Source: an uncultured Candidatus Berkelbacteria bacterium (GTDB lineage Bacteria > Patescibacteriota > UBA1384 > UBA12157 > JAENIV01). Taken from it: DNA of 64,000 bases. The DNA is taken from NCBI GenBank assembly GCA_963698075.1, contig OY969116.1, positions 734,131 through 798,130 on the forward strand. The letters are read 5' to 3'. The notes below the pieces were generated by a model. That model did no database searches. It was given only the letters and a program-made list of their open reading frames with translations, and had not been told where the DNA came from. The position numbers and the translations under genes were made by a program. Shown here piece after piece: positions 1-9,550 of this stretch (position 1 is its first letter; each line of letters starts with the position of its first letter).

Positions 1-331
1 GACCCGTTTTGTCACAAGCGGTGGCGACGATAATCCCACATGGCGTGTTCGGATCAGTATTATCCGTGCAGTCCACTCCCCGCTCTACACCCTCGGGCAA
101 ATCCGAGACAGGCGCAGGAGGGAAATGAACGTCGGTGATAACACCATCGAAACGATCGCGCATCCAATATACGTATTGGCTGCCGTCGTACGATTTCGTC
201 TGTATTTTTGGCAAATGTTCCATTGCCTCATACAGATTGGTAGCCTGCAGGACTTCATGCCCTGCTGCTTCCATCACCGAAACCGCTTCGGCCATGTGCT
301 GTGGATCATCCTCGACGATGAGGATACGCAT
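1..331 (-). CDS. Receiver (REC)-domain-like protein, runs off window start
   Basis: Not in ORF track. ATG at 331 with SD GAAAGG; translates MRILIVEDDPQHMAEAVSVMEAAGHEV...FDGVITDVHFP, with the REC beta1-DD and beta3-D motifs. Confidence 0.7.
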   Translation of the reverse strand, partial: MRILIVEDDPQHMAEAVSVMEAAGHEVLQATNLYEAMEHLPKIQTKSYDGSQYVYWMRDRFDGVITDVHFPPAPVSDLPEGVERGVDCTDNTDPNTPCGIIVATACDKTG

Positions 332-578
332 TTGGCTTTCTACCTTTCATTTCCTCAATTCTTACTGCCAGCCTTCGGGCTACTTGCTGAAAATTGATGC
401 AAAACTTGCCATCTTTTCCCAGAAGACCACCCTGACTGGTTCGCCAGAGACGTATTGGAAAGCGCCCATTTTCGCTTTCCTAATACTCCCAAGGCGATCG
501 GAATGGAAGAATTAAGATGGGCAGTACTCCGCTGCCAGGCTGTGCCATTTAACGTGCGTCAGCCACACGTGCTTATGT

Positions 579-621
579 TCAACTCTCGAACCTCGATATT
601 GCTATCGAAGCTCGAGGTTGA
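579..621 (-). repeat. Conserved TCAAC...GTTGA bulged hairpin, copy 1
   Basis: Minus strand TCAAC CTCGAGCTTCGATA gcaa TATCGAGGTTCGAG A GTTGA; homologous to 22887, 23273 and 25137. Confidence 0.8.
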
Positions 622-651
622 CCCCGTTAGATGTAATGTTATCTAACGGGG
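622..651. repeat. 11-8-11 palindrome CCCCGTTAGAT-N8-ATCTAACGGGG, copy 1
   Basis: Perfect 11-bp arms; other copies at 22899, 24670 and 53638. Confidence 0.85.
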
Positions 652-659
652 GAAAGTCG

Positions 660-1235
660 TTACAACGGGATACTGAAAGATGCTTCCCAGTACCAGCAGT
701 CCTCCTTGGAAAGACTTGGCGCGGCGTAGAGGGAAACGTTCTTATCGCGCCAGGTGGGGCCAAGGTAGACGTCACTGTCGTAACCAGGCATCGCCAGGAC
801 CGCCGCCATCGCGCCGAGCTTGCCTCCAGGTTGATAGTCCCCGAAGACATAAACTCGACTGGTAGTGTTGTCCTTGGCGGCGAACAATGGTCGGACAACT
901 AGGGTTAGTTCGCGGGTGATTGGCTGAACGTGATTCACCCCGATCCAGAGACGGCTCAGACTGTCGTAGCGGATGGCCAGAGAAGTCAGTGATCCGATTT
1001 TGCTTACGTACAGGGTCTGACGAGAGGTGTCGTCGGAGAAGGACTCGTCGGTAAGCCTGAGGCTCACCTTGTCGTTGCCGACGCGGATGTCGGTCATTCT
1101 GAAGAAGGTCGCGCAGTCGGCCGGGTTCATCTCGGTGCCGACAGTTAGGCTCAGCGACTTCAACTCGATAGGCGCGGCCTGGGCCAGGGAAGCAACCAGT
1201 ACGAGAGCAACCAGAGAAGCCAGGACGAATTTCAT
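660..1235 (-). CDS. Secreted hypothetical protein (cargo of TrmB-1)
   Basis: 191 aa; signal peptide MKFVLASLVALVLVASLAQA; SD GGGAG; GC-rich. Confidence 0.75.
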   Translation of the reverse strand: MKFVLASLVALVLVASLAQAAPIELKSLSLTVGTEMNPADCATFFRMTDIRVGNDKVSLRLTDESFSDDTSRQTLYVSKIGSLTSLAIRYDSLSRLWIGVNHVQPITRELTLVVRPLFAAKDNTTSRVYVFGDYQPGGKLGAMAAVLAMPGYDSDVYLGPTWRDKNVSLYAAPSLSKEDCWYWEASFSIPL

Positions 1236-1276
1236 TGTTTTCTCCCGCGTTTAAGGTCCGCCGACCATAGTTTTAA

Positions 1277-1326
1277 GGTTCAATACCCCTGAAGCCGCTT
1301 TTTGAAGGGCCTCAGGGGGTTGAACC
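1277..1326 (-). repeat. Variant TCAAC...RTTGA bulged hairpin, copy 2
   Basis: Minus strand GGTTCAAC CCCCTGA...TCAGGGG TA TTGAACC, about 40 nt upstream of the 1235 start. Confidence 0.6.
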
Positions 1327-1405
1327 AAGTTGTCAATGTACGTTTTAACCTGTTAGCAACCGATTTATCTGGTCGAAATCATCTCTCTCATTTTCCGAAC
1401 ATCAT

Positions 1406-1525
1406 AGTATACCACAAAACAATACAAATGTCAAGTCTTTTTCGTCATTATTGATATAAGGTGTATATCTTGACATTTTAATATAAATATGGTATGATGT
1501 CAATAGTGACGACATATAATCGTCA
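1406..1525. promoter_or_regulatory. Divergent sigma70 promoters plus operator pair (TrmB-1)
   Basis: Minus TTGACA(1429-34)-17-TATACT; plus TTGACA(1470-75)-17-TATGAT; operators TGTCAA-N7-TCGTCA (1429-47) and TGACGA-N7-TCGTCA (1507-25). Confidence 0.75.
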
Positions 1526-1539
1526 ACATCAGGAGTAGG

Positions 1540-2307
1540 ATGGACATCAAATCATCATTAGAGCAAATTGGACTTCGAAAAAGACAAATTGATATTTACC
1601 TTGCTCTTTTGCAAATGGGCGAGGCAACTGTGCAAGAGATCGCTAATAAAACCAAAGTTAAACGAACTACCGTTTATAGTATTTTAGATGTTTTAATCGC
1701 CAATGGTTTAGCCACTTTTATTGAAAAAGAAGGCCACCGAACTTACTTTGCCGAGAACCCAAAAAAAGTTATTTTATATTTTAAAAACCAAGAGCAGGAA
1801 TTAAAAACCAAATTAAATAAATTTAGTGAGATAATCCCCGAACTTTCTTCGATTTATAATATTCAAGCTACCAAACCAAAAATTCGTTTTTACGAAGGCG
1901 TTGAGGGCTTAAAACAAGTTTTTGAAGAAACTTTAACGATTAAGCCACACGAAGAAATTTTGGCGATTGCCACGGCGGCTTTGATCCACGAGGTCCTTGG
2001 CGATGAATGGGTCAACAATTATTTAACCCGCCGCGTCGGCGGGAAAATCAAACAGCGGGCGATTGTTGAAGATTCGGCCTGGGGTAGAGAACATCAAAAA
2101 AATGATAAAAAAGAAAATCGGGTCACTCGCTTAGTGCCCAAAGAAAAATTTCCGTTTTCCAATGAGGTCAATATTTTTGGCAATAAAGTCATGATCGCCT
2201 CATTCAAAGATCAAATCGGAGTAATAATCGAGAGTGCCGATGTGGCCAGGACCCAAAGGGCGATATTTGAACTGGCGTGGCTGGGAGCCGATAAGTACAG
2301 TAAATAG
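1540..2307 (+). CDS. TrmB-family transcriptional regulator (paralog 1)
   Basis: N-terminal wHTH (IYLALLQMG..T..EIA...RTTVY..L..L...GL), PKIRFYEG linker, C-terminal effector domain. Confidence 0.9.
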   Translation: MDIKSSLEQIGLRKRQIDIYLALLQMGEATVQEIANKTKVKRTTVYSILDVLIANGLATFIEKEGHRTYFAENPKKVILYFKNQEQELKTKLNKFSEIIPELSSIYNIQATKPKIRFYEGVEGLKQVFEETLTIKPHEEILAIATAALIHEVLGDEWVNNYLTRRVGGKIKQRAIVEDSAWGREHQKNDKKENRVTRLVPKEKFPFSNEVNIFGNKVMIASFKDQIGVIIESADVARTQRAIFELAWLGADKYSK

Positions 2308-2354
2308 TATTTGTATATGGTTATTAGTGATTAGTATAAGATAAAGATAAGGGA

Positions 2355-2607
2355 AAGGCGGCCTGATGGCCGCCTTTGAAATAGACGGTATTACAGGTTC
2401 TAGAAACGGTTCCAACTTCCAATCTTGGAGAAGGGCGCCGAGATGAAGGGCGGCAGCAAAGGGACCAATGCCCCCCAGAACGTATTCATCGTGAGTTGAT
2501 TCGCAGTGCGGCTTTATTAGCTTGAGGACTTGTTCGGCTTTGGGGATGCTAACTCCGGCTTGGGCGTAAGTCAGACCTTTCTCTGGTGGTTGCTGGCTCA
2601 TCCTCAT
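2355..2607 (-). pseudogene. purM: Truncated purM (AIR synthetase) N-terminal fragment
   Basis: LTYAQAGVSI...VLGGIGPFAA matches the PurM N-terminus; similarity stops at EPVI before the expected DGVGTK, at a GC hairpin (2355-2376). Confidence 0.65.
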
Positions 2608-2707
2608 CTCCTCGGACTTCAGCGCTATTTCATAAATATTATCTTTAGATTCAAAAGTCAAGAAAAATTTGACAAGAAGGGATATTTTTCCTCAAAATGA
2701 ACTCGAG

Positions 2708-3583
2708 ATGAACAAATTAATTCTTTGTATTGATTTGGATGAATGGTATCATGGTCGTTGGGCAACCGGATCAAAAAGGTCACACTGGCAAAACACCGAG
2801 GAGTTGTTTAAGGAATATTATCAATCCGATAGGCCTGCCGGGGAAATTATTAGACCGACCCAAGATATTCTTGAAATCTTGGGTAAAGAAAAAATTAAGG
2901 CCACTTTTTTTATTCTTGGGGAGGTTGCCCAATGGTATCCAAAACTTATCAAAGAAATTGCCAAAGAGGGTCATGAGATTGCCTGCCATGGTTTACATCA
3001 TGAGGATTTATCCTTAAAATCAAAAAGCAAGTTTATCCGGGAGCTCCGAGAAACTCGCCAAATTCTTGAGGATTTGTCAGGTCAAAAAATAATCGGTTTT
3101 AGGGCGCCAAACCTAATCGTCACCGATTGGTTGGCCCCGGTGCTTAAAGCGGAAAAATTTAGCTACGATTCCTCTGTTTGTCCGGCCAGAGCCTTTGGGG
3201 GCAAATATCAAAACCAGGCCAATATTCAACCCAATCCTTATCGGGTTGGTCAAACACTTTTAAAAAAAGGTAATTCTGGGCTTTTCGAAATCCCCATTCC
3301 CACTTTTCCGATCCTCAAACTCCCTGGCGCCGTCTCGATTGCCACGCGCATCTTTGGTTTAACTTGGACGAAAATTACTCTCAATCAAGCTTTAAAAACC
3401 GGTGCTACCTGTTATTATGTCCACCCCTATGAATTCAATCGTCCTCCGAAAGTGCCAATGACTTATCATGAGAAAATCTTTTTCAGACGCTCTGGCCCTT
3501 GGATGAGAAAGGCTTTTAGCAAAATCTTAGCCGACTACCGTTCAAGAATTACCTCGGCCAAGAACTATTTAGAAATATTTTAA
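2708..3583 (+). CDS. Polysaccharide deacetylase (NodB-type)
   Basis: DLDEW, KATFFILG, GHEIACHG, GFRAP and YDSS motifs. Confidence 0.9.
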   Translation: MNKLILCIDLDEWYHGRWATGSKRSHWQNTEELFKEYYQSDRPAGEIIRPTQDILEILGKEKIKATFFILGEVAQWYPKLIKEIAKEGHEIACHGLHHEDLSLKSKSKFIRELRETRQILEDLSGQKIIGFRAPNLIVTDWLAPVLKAEKFSYDSSVCPARAFGGKYQNQANIQPNPYRVGQTLLKKGNSGLFEIPIPTFPILKLPGAVSIATRIFGLTWTKITLNQALKTGATCYYVHPYEFNRPPKVPMTYHEKIFFRRSGPWMRKAFSKILADYRSRITSAKNYLEIF

Positions 3584-3588
3584 AGAAA

Positions 3589-4263
3589 ATGCCCCCAAAA
3601 ATTCCTGAATCAGAATTAGTCAAAAAATATTACAATGGCTGGGCCAGTAATTATAATTTAGCCCTGGAAGAAGAACACGAAAAAAATGTTCGGCAAAAAC
3701 TGATTAATTGGCTGTTTCAAAGAAAAAAACTTTTAGCTGAAAGGGATCAAGCGATTATTAGGGCCTGTCAAAGATTTTCTCTCAAAAACAAAAAAATTCT
3801 TGATGTTGGTTGCGGCACCGGTCAAAATAGTTTTGTCCTGGCCCGTTTGGGAGCCAAAGTCATTGGCTACGATTTTTCGGCCAAACTCGTCAAATTTTGC
3901 CGGACTAAAGCCAAAATGTTAGGTCTCGAAGATCGCGTTCACTTTGAAGTCAGAGATTTAACCAAGGATCGTCTGCCCCCAAGTGATCTGATTTTATGCT
4001 CAGCCGTGATTGAATTCTATCAAGATGTTCAGCCGATTTTTAAAAAATTTGCCCTTTCTGCCAAAGAGGCCATCATCATCGCTGACGCTCGTTTTCGTTG
4101 GCCAAGGTCGCCGCTGAGGATGATTTTGGGTCGGCTGAAAAACTTTCCGGTTTACTTCCACCAGCCGGATAAAATCAAAGCGATCGCTAAAAAATCCGGT
4201 TTTAAATGCACTTATCTTAAAATTACTCAAATCGCCCGAGTGTTTGTTTTTGAAAAAGCCTAA
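3589..4263 (+). CDS. Class I SAM-dependent methyltransferase
   Basis: ILDVGCGTG motif I. Confidence 0.9.
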   Translation: MPPKIPESELVKKYYNGWASNYNLALEEEHEKNVRQKLINWLFQRKKLLAERDQAIIRACQRFSLKNKKILDVGCGTGQNSFVLARLGAKVIGYDFSAKLVKFCRTKAKMLGLEDRVHFEVRDLTKDRLPPSDLILCSAVIEFYQDVQPIFKKFALSAKEAIIIADARFRWPRSPLRMILGRLKNFPVYFHQPDKIKAIAKKSGFKCTYLKITQIARVFVFEKA

Positions 4264-4299
4264 AGATAGAAAAAATTCTTGATATGTTATACTAAAACT

Positions 4300-6528
4300 A
4301 TGGCTTTACAAACTCGAAAAAGTCACCTTTGGCTCTATTTATTTTTTGCTGCTTGGATAATTTTAATGTTTTTGCTAGGGTTTTATCTTTCACCGGTGAG
4401 CATTTTCATTATTTTTTTGGGTTTGATCTTTATTCCTGGCTTTGCTTTATCGAGGATTTTTAAAATCCAATACCAAAATGATCGTTTCGGTCAGTTGATT
4501 TTAACTTTAGTTTTAGGATTGGAATTTAATTTTACTCTTATCTTGGCGGCGATTTTATTAGGTTTGACGATCGCCGTTTTATTGAAAATATATCTTATTT
4601 TCTTTGGCCTAATTTTTATTTTAGCCTTGATTTTAGACATCTTAAAACCGCCGGAGACTAAACCTCTTTCATGGCGAGTAAAAGATTTGTTTAAAGCTGA
4701 ATATCTTGTCTATGTCCTTTTGGCCATTCTCATTCTTGCCGTTTTAATCACCGTTGATTATCTGGGGGCGAATTTTGTCGCTGATCCATTTTATAATTTG
4801 GCGATTATTCGCAAAGCCTTTGAAGGTCAACCACTGTTGATGCAAAACTTAAGCTATAATAAATATTCCCTTCATCCGGCTTTTGCTCTGCCAATTTGGC
4901 ATGTTTTTTTGGCCTTATTTACCAAAATTTTGGGGACGAATATTTTTGTTGTTTACCGAGAAATTCCGACCAGCTTAAGTCTTTTGGCTTTTCTTGTTTG
5001 GTATTGGTTATTCTTAAAAATCTTACCCAATCGTCGAGTCGCAGTGCTGGGTACGTTGTTGGTAATAATCTATTATCTGACCACCAGCGCTTATCTTTAC
5101 ACTCGGCTGCCAGTCCCGGATACCCTCAATGAATTATTTCTCATGCCTTTGGCATTTGCCGTGACTTTAAAATATATCTTTGCCCACTCCTCTAACTTTA
5201 AACATCTCATTGTTTTGATACTTTTCACCCTTTTCATGGGCATTATCCACTGGAATCATTACTTCCAATTTTTGTTTACCATGGCGCTTTTTACGATTAT
5301 CTATGCCATTTTGCAGTGGCGCTCAGGTGATTTTAAAAAAGTTTTTAAGAAAATTTTTATCGCTTCTTTTGGAAGCGTCATTTTGGCTGGCTTGGTTTTT
5401 CTACTTTTTGAGTCAAAGGGAGGGACGATCTCAGAGCATTTACAAATTTTTCCCAATTTGAAAATGCAATACCGTTATATTCGATTTGTCCAATTCGATC
5501 AATTCTTAAAATATGCCTATATATTCTTGCCTTTTCTGGTTTTGGGCATCCGTAAATACCGCCAATTGATATTTACTTTAGCTTTATTTTTGATCGGCCC
5601 GATTATTTTTAATTTTCCGGGCGTCAAGGATTTTTTAATCAATCATTTAAGCAGCGTTTTTGTTAAGCGTTTTTATGCCAATAACGGCTGGCCATTTGTC
5701 GTCTGGGCGATTGTTATTGGTTTTATTTTTGTTTTATTTGATCGCCTAATCTCAAAGATAACCCAAAAATTGATTTTTTGGCGCTATTTAATTGATGGCA
5801 TCTTGATTGCTCTGGTAATTATCGCCTTCTATACTCAGCTTAAGTTCGCCACCGCAAGTCAAATTTATCAGAGAATATTTTCACCCGGAGCTGACCAGTG
5901 GTTAAACCATTATTATCAATGGTTAATACCTATCGTTCTTATCATGGTTTTAATAATTTATTTCTTAGCCAGATATAATGCCAAAATTAATGATTTTTTT
6001 GTTTTTTCTCATTATCAAGATGAGGTTTTTATTTTTGGCCTAATCGCCCTTTTAACTATTTTACTGGCCAGTCCAGCGATCAGTCTTTTTCAAACCAACG
6101 TCAAGAAAGACCTGAGCCAGAAACATTTTATTAGAAGCCAAGAAGATCCAACTTTCTCGATCGTCGATACCAATGATTTTGGGGGAATGGCAACCATTGA
6201 TTTTATTCGCCAAAATATTCCGGCCAAGGCAGATTTTGATAGCAATTCGGCAAATTATGTTTTACCCTTGATGGTCGATGTTTTTACCATCTATACTTTT
6301 GACCCTGATCCAATCAAGAAATATAAGGATCTTTACGAAAATATTCCCATCCAAAAGAAGTTGGCCATTCTCAAAGAGGGCAAGATCGACTATATTCTCT
6401 ATGTTTTCCCCGATCCAAGTGGGAGTTCGCCCTTTGATTCTTTTGGTCAATATTTTATGAAAATCTACGATAATGGCCAGGCAGCGATTTTTAAGATAAA
6501 CAAAACAACGGTCAACGCCGCCAGCTAA
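4300..6528 (+). CDS. Large polytopic membrane protein, GT-C-like (paralog A)
   Basis: Many TM segments; D-x-x-(Y/F)-(N/H)-L-x-I and PIWHVF motifs shared with paralogs B and C; soluble C-terminal domain. Confidence 0.7.
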   Translation: MALQTRKSHLWLYLFFAAWIILMFLLGFYLSPVSIFIIFLGLIFIPGFALSRIFKIQYQNDRFGQLILTLVLGLEFNFTLILAAILLGLTIAVLLKIYLIFFGLIFILALILDILKPPETKPLSWRVKDLFKAEYLVYVLLAILILAVLITVDYLGANFVADPFYNLAIIRKAFEGQPLLMQNLSYNKYSLHPAFALPIWHVFLALFTKILGTNIFVVYREIPTSLSLLAFLVWYWLFLKILPNRRVAVLGTLLVIIYYLTTSAYLYTRLPVPDTLNELFLMPLAFAVTLKYIFAHSSNFKHLIVLILFTLFMGIIHWNHYFQFLFTMALFTIIYAILQWRSGDFKKVFKKIFIASFGSVILAGLVFLLFESKGGTISEHLQIFPNLKMQYRYIRFVQFDQFLKYAYIFLPFLVLGIRKYRQLIFTLALFLIGPIIFNFPGVKDFLINHLSSVFVKRFYANNGWPFVVWAIVIGFIFVLFDRLISKITQKLIFWRYLIDGILIALVIIAFYTQLKFATASQIYQRIFSPGADQWLNHYYQWLIPIVLIMVLIIYFLARYNAKINDFFVFSHYQDEVFIFGLIALLTILLASPAISLFQTNVKKDLSQKHFIRSQEDPTFSIVDTNDFGGMATIDFIRQNIPAKADFDSNSANYVLPLMVDVFTIYTFDPDPIKKYKDLYENIPIQKKLAILKEGKIDYILYVFPDPSGSSPFDSFGQYFMKIYDNGQAAIFKINKTTVNAAS

Positions 6529-6540
6529 ATTTCCAGTTCT

Positions 6541-7287
6541 CTAATATTGATAATCAGCCAAGTTGATATAATTATATTTATCTATTTTGGCGGTATATCC
6601 CTGTCCCAATTTGAGCATAAAATCTTTGACATTAATGACCCGAACAACATCTTCTTGAGCTTTTTCATTTAATTGGTCACCTGCTTTTAGGAAAAATTTC
6701 TTTGTCTCACGTGGCTGACCGGCCATTAATTCCTCCGCACTTTTATTTATCCAAACATTAATCGTCGGATCAAGAATTTGCCAATGACCGTCAAATTTGA
6801 TCTCGACAAACCCGTGGGACCCATTATTGGTCGAGATAGTTCTAAATTCATAGCCGCCAGCTCTGTCTAAAAGCATGGCCAAAAAAAGAGTATTCGTTCC
6901 GCAATGAAAGTACTCACTGCCCCAGAGCACTTCTTTGAACGTATTTTCTTTGAGTTCTCTTTTGCCGTAAAACCCGAACATATGAACAAAATTCATCATA
7001 AAGAGGGCTCGTAGTTTATATTCATCAGAGGTGCCTGCCATTTTGACAAAAGTGGAGTGATATTTCGCTAAACGCTTATCTAATTTTTGGACAACGACGG
7101 CGGCTGAATCTTCGTTGCCAGCAAGAATCTCATTTTTGTCAAAGATTTTGTAATAAGTTTCTGATGATTTGGGGTTTAAGTGGGTTGAATTATATTTGAA
7201 CCAAGCAACTCCACCGACCGCCAAGATTAAAAATATAATTATTCCCCAAATTAAATTCCTGTGTAAAAATCCCTTAGAGCGTCTCAT
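6541..7287 (-). CDS. Membrane-anchored transglutaminase-like protein
   Basis: N-terminal TM; C-H-D triad in HCGTN...HGFVEI...WQILDPT. Confidence 0.75.
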   Translation of the reverse strand: MRRSKGFLHRNLIWGIIIFLILAVGGVAWFKYNSTHLNPKSSETYYKIFDKNEILAGNEDSAAVVVQKLDKRLAKYHSTFVKMAGTSDEYKLRALFMMNFVHMFGFYGKRELKENTFKEVLWGSEYFHCGTNTLFLAMLLDRAGGYEFRTISTNNGSHGFVEIKFDGHWQILDPTINVWINKSAEELMAGQPRETKKFFLKAGDQLNEKAQEDVVRVINVKDFMLKLGQGYTAKIDKYNYINLADYQY

Positions 7288-7361
7288 GATTTGAATATAC
7301 CACATTTCTCTCAATTTTCTCAAACTTCTGCTCGGGCAATATATGTTATACTAAAAATAGA

Positions 7362-9550
7362 ATGCGAAACATTAGTTTAGAAAACTTCCGACGAGGTTTC
7401 ATTTTAGAATATATTCTTTGGATTTTATTTGGCTTATTATTTTTGATCTTAGCAAAGACTGCACCCCAGATTTTTGCCAATCCTTGGTTTTTCTCCATGG
7501 CTTTTTTATATTTATTGCTTTTGCCGGGCTGGTTGCTTTTTGGAATTTTGAAAATTAAAATCGAAGATTTTGCCGGTCTTTTCCTTTGCTACTTGACCTT
7601 GGGTTTAATTTTTTATCTTATCCTGGCTTTGTTGGCAGTTCTAGCTGCTTTGAGCCTGGCTGCTTTAATTAAAATTTCCTTTGGACTGCTGATTCTTTTA
7701 TTTGTTTTAGGCTTCCTCTTAGCCCTTTTTAGACCCGCCAAAACACCAACTCTCCCCAAAAAAATTACCGAGGCTGATCTCTTCTTGTTATTGCCAATTA
7801 TTTTTGGGGCATTCATACTCTATGTCGTTTATCTGAAGGGACCCGGTTTAGATGGTGATCCCTATTTACACCTTTCAATTATTCGTAAAGCTTTTTTGGG
7901 AGATTCATTGTCGCCTCGGGCGCTGGCTTTCGCCAAAACTGGGCTCATCATGCCAGCTTATAATTATCCGATTTGGCATGTTTTCTTAGCTTTTTTAAGC
8001 AAAATCTTATCCTTGGACCCACTCATTGTCTGGTCCAATGTTTTATTTGCTTTGACAGCGATCATGCTCTTTATCTGGTACTGGTTTTTTAAGAAAATTT
8101 TTGTCCAAAAGGGCTGGTCGATTTTGGCTCTTTTAATTTTTTTGGCAGTGACCTTTTATGTCGGCACTGGTTATTTATTCACTCGCTTAGCGGTTCCGGA
8201 TACGCTTGCTCAATTCATTCTTTTGCCTCTTTTAATTGCCTTAAGCCTGGACTATATTTTCGCCCAAAACCAAAATCGAAGCCTGCTAGTTATTATTAGC
8301 TTGTTGGCCATTATTTCCCTTATCATTCATGGCCCTCATTATTTTTACTTCTTATTTATCTTTCTAATTTTCGGCCTCCTTTACACCATCGTTGGTCTCA
8401 AAGATAATGCCTACAAAATCATTTTAAAAAAGATCGGTGAAGTCATTTTCATCTCTTTAATTCCCCTTGTACTTTTTGGGATTATAGTTGAAGCCCTAAG
8501 TGGCTCTTTGTCTATGATTCTAGCTGAATTTTCTAAAGCTTCCCCCCCAGAACTGAGGACGCAATTTTCAAGTTTTGGCTTGCTGACGAGATATGGATAT
8601 TTTCTTATTCCCTTCACCATTCTTTTTGTCCGACAAAAAAGAATTCTTTTTGTCATCAGCTCAATGGCCTTAGTGCCGTTAATCTATTGGACACCACTGG
8701 GAAATTTTTTGGGAAAAATTTTAAGTTTTGTTTTTGTCGAAAGATTGCGCGATAACACCGCCTTTTATTTCCTAGTTATCACCTTGATTTTGGGCCTTTT
8801 TGTTTTGGCCATCGACCGTCTCGCTAGTCTTTACTCGCGTTATCGCCATCTCTTGGAAATAATTTTAGTTGCCTTATTTTTCTTTCTTGTCGGATTGGAA
8901 GTTCGATCCCACAAAATTACCTCCTTTTCTTATAAGATTTTTTATGATAAATCAACCGCGGCCTATCTTGATAATCATTTAATTTGGCTTGTTTTTATCA
9001 GCTTTTTTTGGCTTTATTGGCTTGCCTGGTTCGGAAATTTTTGATTAAAAAAGAGATCATCATTAGTCAACAAATCTTTCAAAATCAATTAATCTGTTTT
9101 TTGGTAATCGTAATAATTGCTTTTTTCTTTTTTGCGCCATCATTGGAATATCTCCCGGTCGACTTACATCAACCAATGAAAGAAACTGCCCAGGATTATT
9201 TCCTAAGAAGGCTTAGTGGTGACCCGGGGGCTTTGTCTTTTGTCCAAAAAAACCTACCAGCAAAGTCGGTTATTTTAGCTGACGAAAATGCGACTAAAGT
9301 GCTCTCGGTGATGACCGGTAATTATATGGCTTACAACGTTGGTTCTGCTTATGAAGAGAGATTTAATTGGGTTTTTGACCCAACCACTCCAGATTCCGAG
9401 AAGGTAAATATCGTCACCTCTCCCGAATGGGCGATTGACTATATTTATTTGGCCGATCCGACCGCTGAGGGCCAGCATTTTCGCCTCCATCCAGAAATTT
9501 ATCAGAAAATATATGATGGACAGACAATAATTTATCAAGTGACTAAATGA
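7362..9550 (+). pseudogene. Polytopic membrane protein paralog B, split by a frameshift (ORFs 7362-9044 and 8984-9550)
   Basis: Adding one T to the T7 tract at 9003-9009 fuses the two ORFs into 729 aa, close to the sizes of paralogs A and C. Confidence 0.7.

Noticed and set aside
125-902. Several plus-strand ORFs of 60-126 aa
   Set aside because: Shadows of minus-strand genes and structured non-coding sequence; no SD or recognisable motifs.
2200-2354. C-terminal part of the 153-aa track ORF
   Set aside because: Read-through past the purM breakpoint into a hairpin and the antisense of TrmB-1.
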